63,797 bases of DNA, filler included, from Cercozoa sp. M6MM (GCA_040357565.1; 9 parts of 9 records of this genome joined end to end with filler, not necessarily neighbours in it), one strand, 5' to 3'. Positions 1 through 14,212 are shown, counted from the whole stretch's first letter. A program made the numbers and translations. The notes: a model not told the origin generated them from the sequence alone.

Positions 1-47
<47 letters not shown>

Positions 48-49
<2 letters not shown>

Positions 50-409
50 GTTTGTCAAAACACTGGCAGGAACAAGAAAAAGCAACAGCACTGCTTCGTC
101 TGTGCCCCGATGTACGCGTCTTTGGAAGACAACTTGAATTTGACAGCAAACGGTATGAGCAAGAAGCTCGCCGAAAAACTACCGGGGGTGTGCGGGCATT
201 CCCAGAGCAGCGCGCAGTGCTTCGATGCATTCAGCAAACTTGAAAACGTGCAGTGCAGAGAAAAGCCGAATGCCAAATCCTGCTCGTCGCGGTCGATGCC
301 GAGCGCTACAGACACCACCGTTGTGTGCACGGTCTCTGAGCATCCCAGCATGACCAAAGTTCACGTCGCCTGCACGGCCGACAATCAGGTCATCGTCCAG
401 TCAAGGTGA
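48..409 (+). CDS. 3'-terminal exon of an unknown Cys-containing protein (5' partial)
   Basis: A (CA)n intron ends in cag at 45-47. An open frame VCQNTGRNKKKQQHCFVCAPMYAS...VIVQSR follows, ending at TGA 407-409. No family recognised. Confidence 0.4.
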
Positions 410-622
410 CGATCATGTCGGACACATACCGATCGGACGCGCCGACACGAAACAACCCACGCCACGCCAAACTCGGGCTTTAAGTGCAGTAAAACCGACC
501 CCCGACGAGCGTGCTTAACCTTAACATACGGTAATTTACGTGTACGCTACGCTACGTACGCGACGATACCGTACATTTCGTTCGATACCGTTCGTGTATG
601 CCTAGGACAGCTTGAGCTCTAG

Positions 623-2657
623 CTAGTGCTGCGCAATGATGGAGCCGAGCGTCTGCACGACCGGCACTGGCTCGCCTGCAAGCACGTCACAAGACACACC
701 GACATTTCCAACGCAAAACGAAAACAAGCAAGCGGAAGAACGGAGAAACAGGCACCCTTGACAACGTGCATCTCGTAAAGCTCTTGCGCCACCTGTGTGC
801 ACATAGACAGACTCACACAGACACAACATAGGTGAAAAGGATGGGCACGGCGAGAGTGCCGGCATAGGCCTCCTCGGCGACTTCCTCGATACGCTCGGCC
901 GGCCACCTGGCACAAAAAAAATGAATGGATTAATTGAATTAAATCTTACATAAAAATAAATCAACGAATAAATATACAAATAAATAAATAAATACATACA
1001 AACATATAAATCGTATCAAATAGGTAGGCTGTACAGGAAGCCGTAGCGAATCGAGTTGCTCAACTCAATCGTCGTTGCGAACTGCAGCACACTCAGTCCT
1101 CAGTGGGTACAGCGAAATGTGAGACATCTTGTACCGGGTAGCCGCACGTGGCAAAGGCGTAGTCCGTGCTCTGCACACAGATATTCAGGAAGGGGGGGGG
1201 GGTAAAAGAGGTAAAGAGATGCCTACATCGCCCGACGTGGCGTACAGCACCTTGGACGCCTGTCCAACGCGGTACTGATTGCCGTTGACCTCGGCAATGG
1301 CGGCCTTCTCGACCTACGCACACAGACTCTCACACTCACTAGACTCTTACACTCACTCAGTGGTCCGCGCGAACGGCTCAACGGTCAGCGGTCGTACCTG
1401 CACGAGGTGCTCGTTGTACTCCAGCAGGTGCGGCGCGATGTTCTCCGTCGTGAAGCCCCAGGGATCTGGAGGTGGGCAGACAGGTATCGGGTCAAGGAGT
1501 AGGGGTATAACTGACGATACGCAGGATGTAGTTGCCGTAGCTGTGGTGGTCCACGAACCACTACAACAGGAGGAGGTAAGCAAGTAGGGGGGGGGGGGGT
1601 AAAACTCAAGAGTACGATGCCATCGTCGTAAGAGCAAATGAGTTTCTGCATGGCTTGGATCTCGACCTCTATTCCAAGACACACGCAGGTACATGTGCTC
1701 AGTCCAAATGGACAAATGTACAGGTCCAACTTGGACTGGTATAAATGTACGACCGTGTCTGTACCACTGGCGGCATCGCTGCCACGGTAGATCTCGCTGC
1801 ACGGGTCGTCCGAGATGCCGACGCCCGTGTGCCAGCCGTAGGCAAAGTTGCGGTTCGGGTCAGTGCCGACGCACTCGCCCGCCTGGGGGGGGGGGAGGGA
1901 TATGGAGAGTAAGAGGGCAGTAAGGGTAACATACGCCGTTGGAGGAACGCGTCTTGCGCCACATGCGCTTGTCGGTGTGCGTGTACTCGTAGCCATCCAC
2001 GTTGAGGAAGGGCACCACCACCCTGCATATACAATATATATATATATATATATATTTAAACAAATATAAAATATAAATATCATATATATATATATATATA
2101 TACATATATGCATACAAATAAAGAAATAAATAGACATATAAAAATTAAGAACACAAATATATATATATATATATATTCCACATATTTATATATATACATA
2201 CCCATATAATATATATATATATATATAATGTATACAGCACAGTATACCAGCGGAAGTGTCCCAGTGCCTTCTCGGCTGACTCGTTGCCCTGCGCAAACTC
2301 GCGCAGCAGCTTCTGCAGCCTGTCGCAAAGTGTCACGGCGGTCAGGGTGTAAGAAGTATCAGAGGGGGGGTAAGAACCCTACCAGTACTGCACCGAGATA
2401 CCACCGATGTGCTCACGCGCGTGCATCTGACCGACATGCACAAAGGTGCCTGCCACCTGCGCGGGGGAGGAGTACAGGGTACGGTGTAAAGTAAGGGGGT
2501 AAGATAGCCACCTTGTTGGGCGGCGTGATCTCCACGCCGAGAATGTCGCGCCGCTCGGCGCTCTTGCCGACATGCAGCAGCTTGAGTCGCAGGCCGCCGA
2601 CGCCGTCGAAACGCGCCACGATCTGCCGCAGCCAGGCGTCGTTCTCCGTCATGCGGT
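623..2657 (-). CDS. Zinc carboxypeptidase, peptidase family M14 (CPA/CPB-like), multi-exon, 5' partial
   Basis: Spliced exons give HAREH (Zn-binding HxxE), PFLNVDGYEY..RMWRKTR, CVGTDPNRNF, DDPCSEIYRG, DHHSYG, PWGFT and STDYAF. Confidence 0.92.
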
Positions 2658-2676
2658 CTGACCAGGAGGGGGTAAA

Positions 2677-2749
<73 letters not shown>

Positions 2750-2849
2750 NNNNNNNNNNNNNNNNNNNNNNNNNNNNNNNNNNNNNNNNNNNNTTAATTA
2801 ATTAANNNNNNNNNNNNNNNNNNNNNNNNNNNNNNNNNNNNNNNNNNNN
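2750..2849. other. Artificial contig linker (N-TTAATTAATTAA-N); also at 8114, 11782, 16706, 35315, 37803, 56322 and 62380
   Basis: The identical six-frame-stop 12-mer is embedded in N runs eight times, and genes are truncated at these points. Confidence 0.98.
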
Positions 2850-2896
<47 letters not shown>

Positions 2897-2939
2897 GTTC
2901 AAAGCTATTCCGTACAATATATCTGAAAAGCAAGCTCAC

Positions 2940-4412
2940 TTGAAGAACGCGCAGAGCCGACAAAAATATACCTTTGCGCCGGAGCGCTGCAAGCACGACG
3001 TCGTTGACGTCGCGGTTAGGCGAGAAAAAGAGTTCCGGGCGTAGGATTGTCACCACCTGGTAAAAAGGTCTCGTATTCGCCGTTGAGGTTTAAACAACGA
3101 TAGGTATACGTACCAAGCCGCCTGAAGAGCGTCCAGGACTCATTCGGTATCCGATGAATTCAAAGGTTCTTGCGCAGCGAAACCTCGAGGGAAAAACGAA
3201 TGGCGCTCGTACGGGCATGTGCCATTTCAGTTGTCTGTTGTGGTACAAGAAACGACAGAGTCGGCGCAACTTAAAGAATCCGATCTGAAGATCGCTGTCT
3301 CCTTTGTCAGGTGCTAATCACCGCAGCAACAAAAACAAAATATATTTTTAAAGGTATCGGACCGTGGCAGATGGTACAGAGTTGAGCAGCCTGCAGATAA
3401 TCGCGTTGCATAGCCCTTCGCTCGAACAACATTCGGCGGTACCAGCGTTGAAGCTTGCGAGCTGGCGACAGGAGTATCTGGCAGAAGGCACATTCGACTC
3501 GAATGGCATGCAAGAGCTTCTCCACGCGAATGCTATCCGAGGCTTCGAACAGAGACGTGAGAAGTTTCCTGCCCGCGACAGGACGTGGCGGCTTGTATCC
3601 AAGTCGCATTTCGGGCAGAATTACGAAGTCGTTCAAGCTGATGAGCCCAGCTAAGTGCTTCAGCAGCTGTTGCATTTGGACTTGATTCGGCGAGAAGGCC
3701 AGGCGCAGCACCTGCAAGCTCGGTGCCGCTATCGCCAACACCGGCAGCCACTCCAAAATAGCTTCAGCTGACAGTGTTTCGACTCTTAGATCGAGAGCAC
3801 GTAGCTTGTGCAATCGCAGTTTCGGAGGAAGCTTCTTGAGTGGACATCCGTCCAACTGCAACACTCGCAGTTCTGGGAGATCCGGGATACGCTCTGCACC
3901 GACCGTGAAAACGAAACCATCATGATGCAACGACATAGTCAGTACTATTTGGGCTACTGCATCACTTTACCGATGTTGTCGAGCCAATTATTGCTAAGTT
4001 TCAATGTGTGCAGCTGAGTCAGTGCGATGCCGCGCGATGACAGCGTGTTGAGTAGCTGGGTGAAAGAAAAGTGGTGCTGACCGCTCGCATCAACGATACG
4101 CGCAGTTCCGCCTGGTGGCAACGATCTCAACGTACCGATTGACGCAGCGTGCTCCATTTCTAGCCCTAAACTCGCTCGTAGTAGCGCAGCAGGAAACACA
4201 GTCAATGATTCATTCCTCGATTTTATGTATAAGGGAGAAACGCCAGTTTCAGAAATGAACGGCGCGAAGCTGTGCGATTGCAAAATACTGTTAATGTACC
4301 TTTCAGTCTTTGGCCATTGCGATGCATGCGCAGTTGAGAGCAAACCGGAGCTACCGTGCGTGCGCTGTTTCATTTGCACTGTCGAACTGGAAGGAACCGT
4401 GCGTCGCGCCAT
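2940..4412 (-). CDS. Leucine-rich-repeat protein with an IQ-like motif (3' partial)
   Basis: LRR-type segments LHTLKLSNNWL, LPELRVLQLDGCPL and LHKLRALDL, plus IQ-like ARKLQRWYRR. Several GT-AG introns. Confidence 0.55.
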
Positions 4413-4582
4413 ATCGTACGGTAACGTAACGTAACATATAAAGTAGCTTAGCACAGTAGCGCGGACGATAGTGCTAGCACCCAACGCAATCCTAGCTCGG
4501 AAAGCGAAGCTTATAGATACGATAAGCGAAGAACGGAATTCAAAGTGATGGGACGGCGCGGTGGCCAGAAAGCGCAGTAACA

Positions 4583-5103
4583 TCAGTTGATCATGCCTGG
4601 CAACCAATGCTTGCGCGCTTCCAGAGCCACCTTGGTTGACTCATAGCAGATGTCTGATTGACGCAAAAACACGACACAAACGTAGGGGGTGAGTGCATAT
4701 TATAGAAGCAGTACCACACACGCGCACTGGTTCCGGGAAGCCAAGCGACGGCGCAGGCGCCTTCCTACGCGAGCACGCGCTGCAACAGACTTGACCACAC
4801 TTGCGGCACTGCGCGAAACTCAAGATACGGGTGCGTTTGATTTTCAACAAGAACATATGAGGGTGCAGAGACAGAAGGTACGTGGTGTCTACGCTCCACC
4901 ATGGTAAACTTCTTGGCGCAAAACGGACACTCGGGAGCAGCCTCATCGCGCTCCCACTGTGCCACCTCCCTGCAAACACGCATGCCAGAGACATGCCGCG
5001 CAACAACAAGGCACAGTAAGTGTCTACCGCACGACACGGAACCAGGCGAAGGAGCCACCGCGTGTGCCGACACACACCGAGTCGAAGGAAGCCACACGCA
5101 CCT

Positions 5104-5153
<50 letters not shown>

Positions 5154-5562
5154 CATGCACACACATGCACACACACACATGCATGCACACACATGCACAC
5201 ACACACACACAAGTACACACATCGAACACACACAGACACAGACACACAGGGACAAGAGGCACCACTGTGATGGCACGGTCCTCCTTGCTGTCAGTGCTGC
5301 CGGTGCTATCGCTGCTGCGGTCGGTACTGCTCTCACTGTCGTCCGCGTTGTTCCCTGCCACAAGTGCGAAACAATCAGTAACTGAGACATCAATCGGACA
5401 AAAGCCGACACAGCAAGGAACAAGGGAGCAAAGAGAAATCACCACGTTGTCGCAGATTCCAGGAGGCGTAACAGTACAACTCAAATGGCAACAATGCACG
5501 CGGCTTTGGCAACAGCACATCCGCGCGGCTGCAGCACAATAATATGGTGACCAAACAGACAA

Positions 5563-5611
<49 letters not shown>

Positions 5612-5621
5612 NNNNNNNNNN

Positions 5622-5670
<49 letters not shown>

Positions 5671-6605
5671 CGCCCGCCACGCTGCGAGTGCTGCTGCGTG
5701 TGTCGCCAAACAAAGTCGTCCTTGGAGGCAGGAGCACTGTCCAATACCACATCCCAGATAACATTGAGGGTCAGGTAGCTATATAGTGTAATGCAGAGAA
5801 GGTAAGGATCAGATCAACAAGGCACCTGCCAGTTTCGTCGTGACTTCTCGCAGCACGCAGCAGTCTGGAAACACATCCATGCCATCACATAGATCACACA
5901 CCGACAGCTGAAGAGAAGAAAAGGTGCACCTCGTGTTGGGTAGCGAGTGCCAAAGTCGCACGGAACCGTCAGAATGCCCAGTCACCAGCACCGACTGCAC
6001 ATGTGCATGTGTACACTGACACATTGTGTAGGTGGGTAGAGAGTACCGGTTTGTAGTGCACGCGATCATAGACGGCGTCGAGTGCCGTGATGGCCGGTGT
6101 CTTTGCCGGCAGCGAGGTGTCGCCCAGCACCTCGCCGTTGATGGAGAAGAGTGTCACACGCCTCGTTGTCACCACAAAGACGCGGCCCCAGTTCTCGTCC
6201 AGCAGCACCTCCTGCACAGCCCGGCTGCTGCAGCTGCTGCCGTCGGTGTTCTTCTCCTCATCCTCGTCCTCCTCGGACAGGTTCGGCAAAGCGTCGAAGC
6301 GTCGCAGCAGACACAGCGTGTTGATGTCCCATGAAAGTACCTTTGCACCACCCACAGAGATAACACACAGACAGAGGCACACCTAAGTGGAGGAGAGTGT
6401 ACCACGCCATCGGCATCGGCAGATACGAGTACACGGAGGTCGTCGCTGGCGCACAGTGCCGTCACGCTGCGACGGTGCGCACAGAACACGCGCAGCAGTT
6501 GCAGTCGCATCGGGCCTTGTCGGACGGCAGCGCCGGACAAGGCACTCGAACTGGTACTCGGCGCAGTCCTACCCAGGAAGCAACACAAGTCACAGAGCAC
6601 AGAAG

Positions 6606-6686
<81 letters not shown>

Positions 6687-7989
6687 GGGGGGGGGGGGGA
6701 TAAGGGAAATCTACCTCTCACCACTTGCAATTGAGACTAGTCGCCACACGGCCACGCGAGCGTCGTGACCGCCCGTGACTGCACAGACAGGACAAGGATG
6801 TCTCAAATCCACGCGGAAGTAACGGCGTGGTACACACGAGGTCGTCGCCGAGTGTGCAGACGCACGTGATGCCACCATCGTGTACCTACATGAGTGGGTG
6901 TGTGACACAAGTACTCTGTGCAACAGGATGGGTGTAGGAAGGGCACCTGCAGAGGCGACACGCACAGCTGTCGCGAGAACTCCTGCGGCGCCGTGCGTTT
7001 CATGATGCGCTGCAGGCGACTGCGAGCACGTGGTCGCACCGTTTGCGACTGGGATCGGTGGTACTGATACTGATACTGACGGTGATCGTCGATAACGGCG
7101 GTGTCGTCGTCGTAGGCGGCAGAAGTTGTCGGAGAGTCGCCGCACATGTCCTCGCTGAGACGACGATACTGATCGTCGCTGTTACAGGTCACAGGCAGCA
7201 GGGCATCCGCGCGGACATGTGACACCGAGGTCGACGGCAGCGACAGCACGCGGAACTGCCGCTGTGTGTAATGCAGCACGTTGTGCTGGCCCAGGTAGAT
7301 GGCACCTGTCCAGGCATCCCACGCGTACCATACCGACCAGCAAGCAAGCATCCAAGGTAAGCGACAGTACCAGTGCCAGGCGTGCCGCACACCAGCGGAA
7401 CGGCTGAACCGTCATCGTGCTGCGTTGCACAAGTGCACGAGAGGGTGTAGGCAAGTGGGGCAGGTGGGAAAAGTGAGGCATGAGAGGTAGTGCCAGCGAC
7501 GGCCATGCAGAGGGTACCAGCAGCACGTCGCACACTCGGCCATGCAGGTGCTGCGCCGACGTCGGCCGGAACACGTCCTGCGCGTGCTGTAGCAACACAA
7601 CACAGCCACACAGAAGGTGCACTGGACATGGAGGAGAGCCGACAGGGAGGGTATGAGGTACCTGGAACAGCAGCGACAGCCACAAGCGCAGACGAGTCAT
7701 TGTCTTGAGGTCTCTACAATCGTGCAGTCATTGTATAGGAAGTATGTCATACGGAGTATACACAAGAGGGAGGGTACCGCTGAGGATGCGGGTGTCCCTT
7801 CGGCAGCAATTGCCGCGGCGTCTGTCCGAAGTTATTGATGTGCGACACTGTGCACACAAGTCACACATTCACTCCAAGTTGACACACACCCACACACGCG
7901 CACACAAGTCCTAACCCCTGCCTACCGAAAGAGCGTCGCTGCACAGGATCGTGCACCTGTCGCAGATCGACGGCGCCCTGTATTTACCC

Positions 7990-8029
<40 letters not shown>

Positions 8030-8069
8030 TTACACATAGATACAAGCCCCCATCCTGACAGTACCTCGT
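4583..8069 (-). CDS. C-terminal part of a WD40-repeat + FYVE protein (probably BEACH family, WDFY3/Lvs-like), 5' partial
   Basis: Spliced FYVE finger [25 protein letters not shown]|[18 protein letters not shown]|DICY. WD40 motifs [20 protein letters not shown] and [13 protein letters not shown]. The BEACH domain itself is not visible. Confidence 0.78.
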
Positions 8070-8194
8070 NNNNNNNNNNNNNNNNNNNNNNNNNNNNNNN
8101 NNNNNNNNNNNNNTTAATTAATTAANNNNNNNNNNNNNNNNNNNNNNNNNNNNNNNNNNNNNNNNNNNNACACACACACACACACACACACACA

Positions 8195-8644
8195 CCTTCT
8201 GATGTGGTAATACCAAACGACGCTGCGCGTAGGCAGGGTCAGCGCACCAGAATGCCAGCAGCAGCAGCGCTGCGTCCACCAAAACTGCGAGCGATTTTGT
8301 GGCACCAACGGCCGACCTGACCCACCAAAACATCTTAACGAAACAAAGGTCAACTAGAAAAACGCCAACCGATCAAACTCGACTCACCCGCGAAAGACGC
8401 TGAAGCACGTGCCGATCGCGGCGACGACCGCAAGGACCGCAGCTGCGTGCAACAGCGACTCGCGTACAGTTGCTTCCTTCCGCGCGGATGCCTGAGAAAA
8501 ACGACGCCGGCGCAGCAGTGGCGTCGTGGAACGCGTCCCGTCTGTGCGATAAAACAATGCGGCACAACGAAAGCAATCCGACGGGAAGTGAGTACTGTTG
8601 ATCACATTGAGGGGACGACAGCATCGCCTAAAATTGGGCGCCAC
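8195..8644 (-). CDS. Unknown multi-exon protein, 5' region (3' partial)
   Basis: Two or three GT-AG-bounded open exons running into a (GT)n intron and a gap. No homology recognised. Confidence 0.3.
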
Positions 8645-8813
8645 TGTGTGACACTTCTATTTTACGCCACTCCGTGAGTTTCTGGGCGTGCTTAGAGCCG
8701 CTGCGAATGCCAAAAACTCAGAATACGATGCTTTAATTTTTTTGAATCACCAGCTTCATGTAGTGCTTTGGAGCAGTGCCACATCGTGCTACTACCGTAT
8801 TAAAAACGTGAGT

Positions 8814-10461
8814 ATGCTTAGATGGCTTCTGGCGCTTGCAACATTGCAGTATGTCGTCGGGCGGCATACCTCGAACTGGGCCGTTCTGGTACGACATAGT
8901 ACCGTTGCTACCTCTCATAGGATGTACCGTTGTTGCCACTGATAGGTGTGCACGAGCAGATATTGGTTTAACTATCGGCACGTGGCCAACACACTGGCTG
9001 TGTACCACATCCTGCGCGAGCAGGTACTCTGACCCGTGTATATGTATGTCAGTATGTACGGTGTGCTTAAGTGTGCTTGAGGTATTAGGGCGTACCAGAC
9101 TCGCAGATAATCTTGATGCTGGCGGATGATATGCCTTGTAATCCACGCAACGACGCTCCCGGTGCTGTGGTAGGCTCCGTTTACCCCCCCCCCCNNNNNN
9201 NNNNNNNNNNNNNNNNNNNNNNNNNNNNNNNNNNNNNNNNNNNNNNNNNNNNNNNNNNNNNNNNNNNNNNNNNNNNNNNNNNNNNNNNNNNNNNCGTGCA
9301 GTTTGCCTCGCCAGACCGGTTGACTAACTTGTACCACCGCGATGTCGAAGTAGACTACCGCGGCGATGAAGTCACTGTGGAGAATGTAGGTGGCTGTGTC
9401 CACAGAGGGAGGTTATGGGATCGATCTGTCTGTAGGTACTGCGCGTACTGACGGGTCGACATCCGGCCAACACTCCGGCCAGGAAGCGACTCGATACCGA
9501 TGGTACCACTCTGAGCTACTTTACCTTTAATCTGCTTTACCATTTGATCTCCTTACCCCATAGGCAATGCCAATGTTCTGCTGTACATGACGGGACACGG
9601 CGGCGAAGAATTCCTCAAATTCCACGACAAGGAGGAGCTGCAGGTGAGGCATTGCCCCCCCCCCCCTCCAGTTAATATCGACATGTTGCAGAGTGCCGAT
9701 TTGGCTCACGCGCTGACGCAAATGAAGCACTACCAGCGCTTTCGCGAACTGCTTTTCGTGGTACATGTTGCGACTCCTCTCTGCCGTAGGAAGGTAGTCA
9801 GTACATGTGGATGGCAATGGGTAGGCTGACACCTGCCAAGCAGAGTCGTTGTACCGACAGTTCAGTGTTCCTGGTAGCACATGCTTTTAGGGTACTAACA
9901 ATGACAAAGGGAGAGTGTATTGCTGACGCAGGTGTGGTGGCCATCGGAAGTAGCAGAACAGGAGAGAACAGTTACAGCTACAAGCATGACGATGGCACTA
10001 CCTGCTTTTGCCCCTTGCTCTATTCCGTTTTGTACATTATCATTTTCTTTTAGGTCTCGGACTCTCAGTGGTGGATCGCTTCACGAGTTTCTCATTGCGT
10101 TTCTTCGAAAGGAGCGGCGGAGATGCCTCTATTCAGCAGTGGGTATCCCTGCTTTATCCTATGCCTTGCTATGATACCGTCACTCCTACTTGCACAGGTG
10201 GACAGCCTGACCTTCAGCAACCTCAAAAGTCACGTATCGCACCAAAGCACTCTGACACGGCCTCTCTCCCAAGTACTCTACCTCCCAGTCCCTTTTCTCC
10301 GTTGTTCTTTGACACTCCTCTCACACCTGCAGGTGCCACTGAGCGACTTTTTTGCCGCAACCAGCGAGATGCACCTGCTACCCACCCCAGAAGCCAACGA
10401 CGGCGATGTGGAGGACGACGATTTTGATCTGGCTGCAGTTTCTGCAACTCTAAGTCAATAG
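8814..10461 (+). CDS. GPI8: GPI-anchor transamidase catalytic subunit (peptidase C13)
   Basis: Signal peptide [11 protein letters not shown], then [44 protein letters not shown], catalytic [11 protein letters not shown] and DTCQA, and GENSYS..VVDRFT. Confidence 0.96.
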
Positions 10462-10728
10462 CCTGGCACTAGCAGAAATGTGTTCCCATTGAAGGATACT
10501 CTGACGATAGATCTACAACTCCACGATCATTTAGGGGTGTCGCATGCAACGGTTGAAGAGGTTCCAAATTGATTTGGCTGGGTTTGTGGCTGTGCGGACC
10601 CATCCGTCGATGCACTTTGCCGAATCCTCACGTCGTTTGGAAGTGCCCTAGGATCAGAAATCTCGCAACAAAATTGTCACAGTTGTGACTTGTCAGCATG
10701 CCTGTGCTCGGGCTGATGCTAACGTAAA

Positions 10729-11361
10729 TTAAAACCTCAAACCGTTAAAATTCGAGCTCAGCTGTGATCGAGCGGCCAGACCGACGACAACAGCGACGAC
10801 GCCGACGGCGAGCGACGCGAGCAGCAGCGGGCGCTTCCTGGCCGACCGGGCCACGTCGTCCCAGACATCATCGAGAGAGGTGCCACTCCACTCGACCCGC
10901 GACTGCAGCGGCTGCGACCACCAGAGATCGCTAAGATCGCACTGCACGAGTGCAGGCGAGCAAGACGGCAGTGCCGACACTCGCGTCCACGGGTCGGCCT
11001 CGGTCGAACCTGGGCACTGTCGCACTTCATCTCGAATCGCCTTTCGAAGCAGCTTCGTCGGCGGCACCTTTCGGTAGAGTGCTTCGCTTTGCGAGAGCAG
11101 TTCACTAGGGTACCAGCATATAGGTCAATCGGGCTGATAGGAGAAGGAATGGGTGGACGGTGGAGAGGGTACGAGAGGCTAAAGTCGCTGCTGGTGTCAA
11201 TATCTCGTTGCAAGAGAGTGTGCACTTCGTGCAACTCACAGGGACGCGACAATAGACGACTCCTGTTGTGTCGCAGTGTTGAGCACACGACGTACAGGGC
11301 CATCAACGGATGTGACCTGTCAGAGGTCACAGTGCAAACAGAGTGAAACTGAGAAAGAGAA

Positions 11362-11427
<66 letters not shown>

Positions 11428-11683
11428 AGGGAGAGGGAGAGGGAGAGGGAGAGAGAGAGAGAGAGAGGGAGAGAGGGAGGGAGAGGCAGAAGACTACGCA
11501 AGCAGGAAGTCAAAGACTCGCAGTGCGTGCTTCAACGAGGACAAGCGGTGCGCCAGCCAGGTCAGGTGCAGTGCCAGTACAAAGATCGGTGGGCCCTGGA
11601 AGACGCCTGCTGTCTCCAGAAACGAGCCGAGTTCGCCATCGCACTCTCGCAGCAAGTGCTTCAGCAACTGCACCCAAGAGACA
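10729..11683 (-). CDS. TBC1D20: TBC-domain Rab-GAP with C-terminal membrane anchor (TBC1D20/Gyp8-like), 5' partial
   Basis: LHLTWLAH..HALRVFDFLLA|SHPLMALYV..PCELHEVHTLL matches the TBC1D20 C-terminal TBC pattern. Hydrophobic tail LLLASLAVGVVAVVVGLAA. Confidence 0.8.
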
Positions 11684-11702
11684 GCAGGGTATATTATACA
11701 GA

Positions 11703-11737
<35 letters not shown>

Positions 11738-11847
11738 NNNNNNNNNNNNNNNNNNNNNNNNNNNNNNNNNNNNNNNNNNNNTTAATTAATTAANNNNNNN
11801 NNNNNNNNNNNNNNNNNNNNNNNNNNNNNNNNNNNNNCCCCCCCCCC

Positions 11848-13700
11848 CAGTCTTTTTACCATACGATCGCAGTTCTCATCGAATATCGGGCCATGCCCGC
11901 TCGTGCTGGAGTTGACGCCAAGTGCGTGGTTTATATCGTCGTGCGTCGTGTTTTTCATGTATGCGTGGACGTGGTAGCCAGGTTCCTTGTTTCGCAAAAC
12001 CTTCGAAACTGTCGCGTTGTGTTCTCGTTGTTGATCCTGTGTGAGCGCGTTCCACCTGGAATAAAAAAAACGAGTATTTACAGCATTTCGTGCATGTGTA
12101 CCGCTGCAGCAAACTGAAAGCGCACAATACTCTGCATCGGAAAATGACGGTATACCGCCTCCTCTTACCATCCGCTCGAGCGCGGAAACAATAACAGCAA
12201 ACGATTTTTCGTACTGTTCGGTAAACAGGTTGAACTCGCCGACTGGTGCTTCGCCGTTGGCTTCCTGAATACACGCAAACGCCCGACAGAAACTGCGCGC
12301 AAGCCGAGAATTTCGTTTTTCGTACTCTTGCGCCAGCATGATCGGAGGAGCTGCTATTTGACTGCAGCAACAGACTGTCATTCATCAATCAGCAGTACAC
12401 AATCTGGTACGTTTAAATTTACACTTACGTTACAAGTACGCCATATGTTGCCTCGATCAGCAATGGCCTCGCCTCTCGTGGTGCATTGGCGAGAGTAATT
12501 GACAACAGATCGTTGGACAGCCACTACGGGTAGCGGAAAATTACAAATCTATTTGTGTTGTACTGGGAGCCTTCTAAGAAGCACCTGCCAGTCGGATTGA
12601 TATCCAATCATCCTTCGCTCGAGCGCGCGAAGCAACGTTCTTTCCAGTGTGTTCATTGAGCACAGAATCAGTACCACTCTGTTGTCACTAGCGACACCAT
12701 CGTGTGATCACTTATGTAAACATAACAGTGTTACCGTGCAGATGACTGTTCCAAAACGTCCAAAGCGACATCTATCTGCTCTTGCGGAACTACGTCCGTT
12801 TTTTCGTCTGAAATAAAACCGGACGCGTGTGTATGCAAAGTTTCAAAACAACTGAAGGTGCAGTAATTTACCTGGTAAAACGAGAAACCTTTCGACAACA
12901 ACACCATGCCGTCGTCTAACTGAGCACCAAAAAGTTCCCCCTCCGGGCCTACGGTACTCAAGTGTCGGGTATTTTTACCGAGACTATCTCGAACAGCTTG
13001 CATGACGTCCAACGAGTAACCGTCGTCTTGGGTCAGGATAGAGAGGAACTTCCATCCGAAATGCTCAATGAGCTTTGACAGTGCCAAGCTTTGCATCCAA
13101 TTGGATGAGGTCCCACGACAGAAGAGAGGAAATTGCGATTCATCGCTTAGCCTGGGATGCGTGGCTGTCGGTGAGATTTCCGCTTTATCGAATGCAGTTG
13201 CAAGGGGAGCCATAACGTTCAAAGCCATCTGCGAAATAGTGTCGAGATTAAGACTCAACAAACGCGGGGGAGGAGTATACTCTACTTACACCAGACTGCA
13301 GTGGACCCATTAAAACCGACACGTCTTTGTTTTGGAACAAGTTTTGAAACACGTCGAATCTCGCCACGTCAAGTGGACGAACTGCCGAGTGAACGTCCAC
13401 TTCTCACAGTCTCACCGTAGACGGTAGCTAGACAAACGAGCATGCCAGCGTACTACCTAGAAGATCGAAGGGTCGTTCTGTTTTCTCGTTCTATCAAGTT
13501 GCATTGATTGAAGGAGCCAAAAATACAGCAACTGGAATGATGGATTTACGTAAACTTCGACGCCTGTGAGAATCAGAAGTGTCCCGCCAAGTACAGTCGC
13601 TGAATCCATCAAAAGTCAACACAGCACTGCAATACGAAGGAATTGAGCGAATCTCACGCTTGAACAGACTGGCGATGGGAACAAATGCAAACTTCACCTA
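11848..13700 (-). CDS. Receptor-like protein with ANF-receptor / Venus-flytrap (type 1 periplasmic-binding fold) domain, 3' partial; start approximate
   Basis: VLMGPLQS, AEISPTATHPRLSDESQFPLFCRGTSS, LIEHFGWKFLSILTQDDGYS, NRVVLILC and MIGYQSDWQWL. Confidence 0.78.
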
Positions 13701-14212
13701 CTTGTGCAGGATTTACTGGCTGAAAGCTTCCTCGTGCTTAGAAGCACCAAGCACTTTGAGCAACAAAAAACACCTTCGGTCTCGAGCTGTTTGTGAATCC
13801 AAAGGTATGATACGTATGAGTTCCTCGCGTCAACATCAGACAGCACCCTGGCGGGTGTGTTGCCAGAGTGTTTTAGTGATAAACTCCATTTTTTGGTAAA
13901 GTGTTTTGACCTCTGGCAACTGAAGACCGCGCGGAAGTTGCATTCACAGAATTAACCGGACGGGACCTCACAGAATTAACGGGACGGCAAACGGTGAACT
14001 ATGCGGTTGGTGTGTCTAAGCTTAAGCCTATCAGACTGCAAATCGAATTGAAGCAGATTAGAGTCCATCGAATGAGCTCACGGCTGACTGGTTAGCCTTG
14101 ACTCGACTGAATCAGCTTACAGTCCCTTAATTCGATTGCAACCGCACGGCACTGTACTACTGAGGTACAGTACTTACGGACTACGTACAATTTGCTCGCT
14201 AGTATGGTAGTA

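Noticed and set aside
2794-2805. Recurrent TTAATTAATTAA motif
   Set aside because: Artificial six-frame-stop linker between contigs. Not biological, and gene neighbourhoods across it are invalid.
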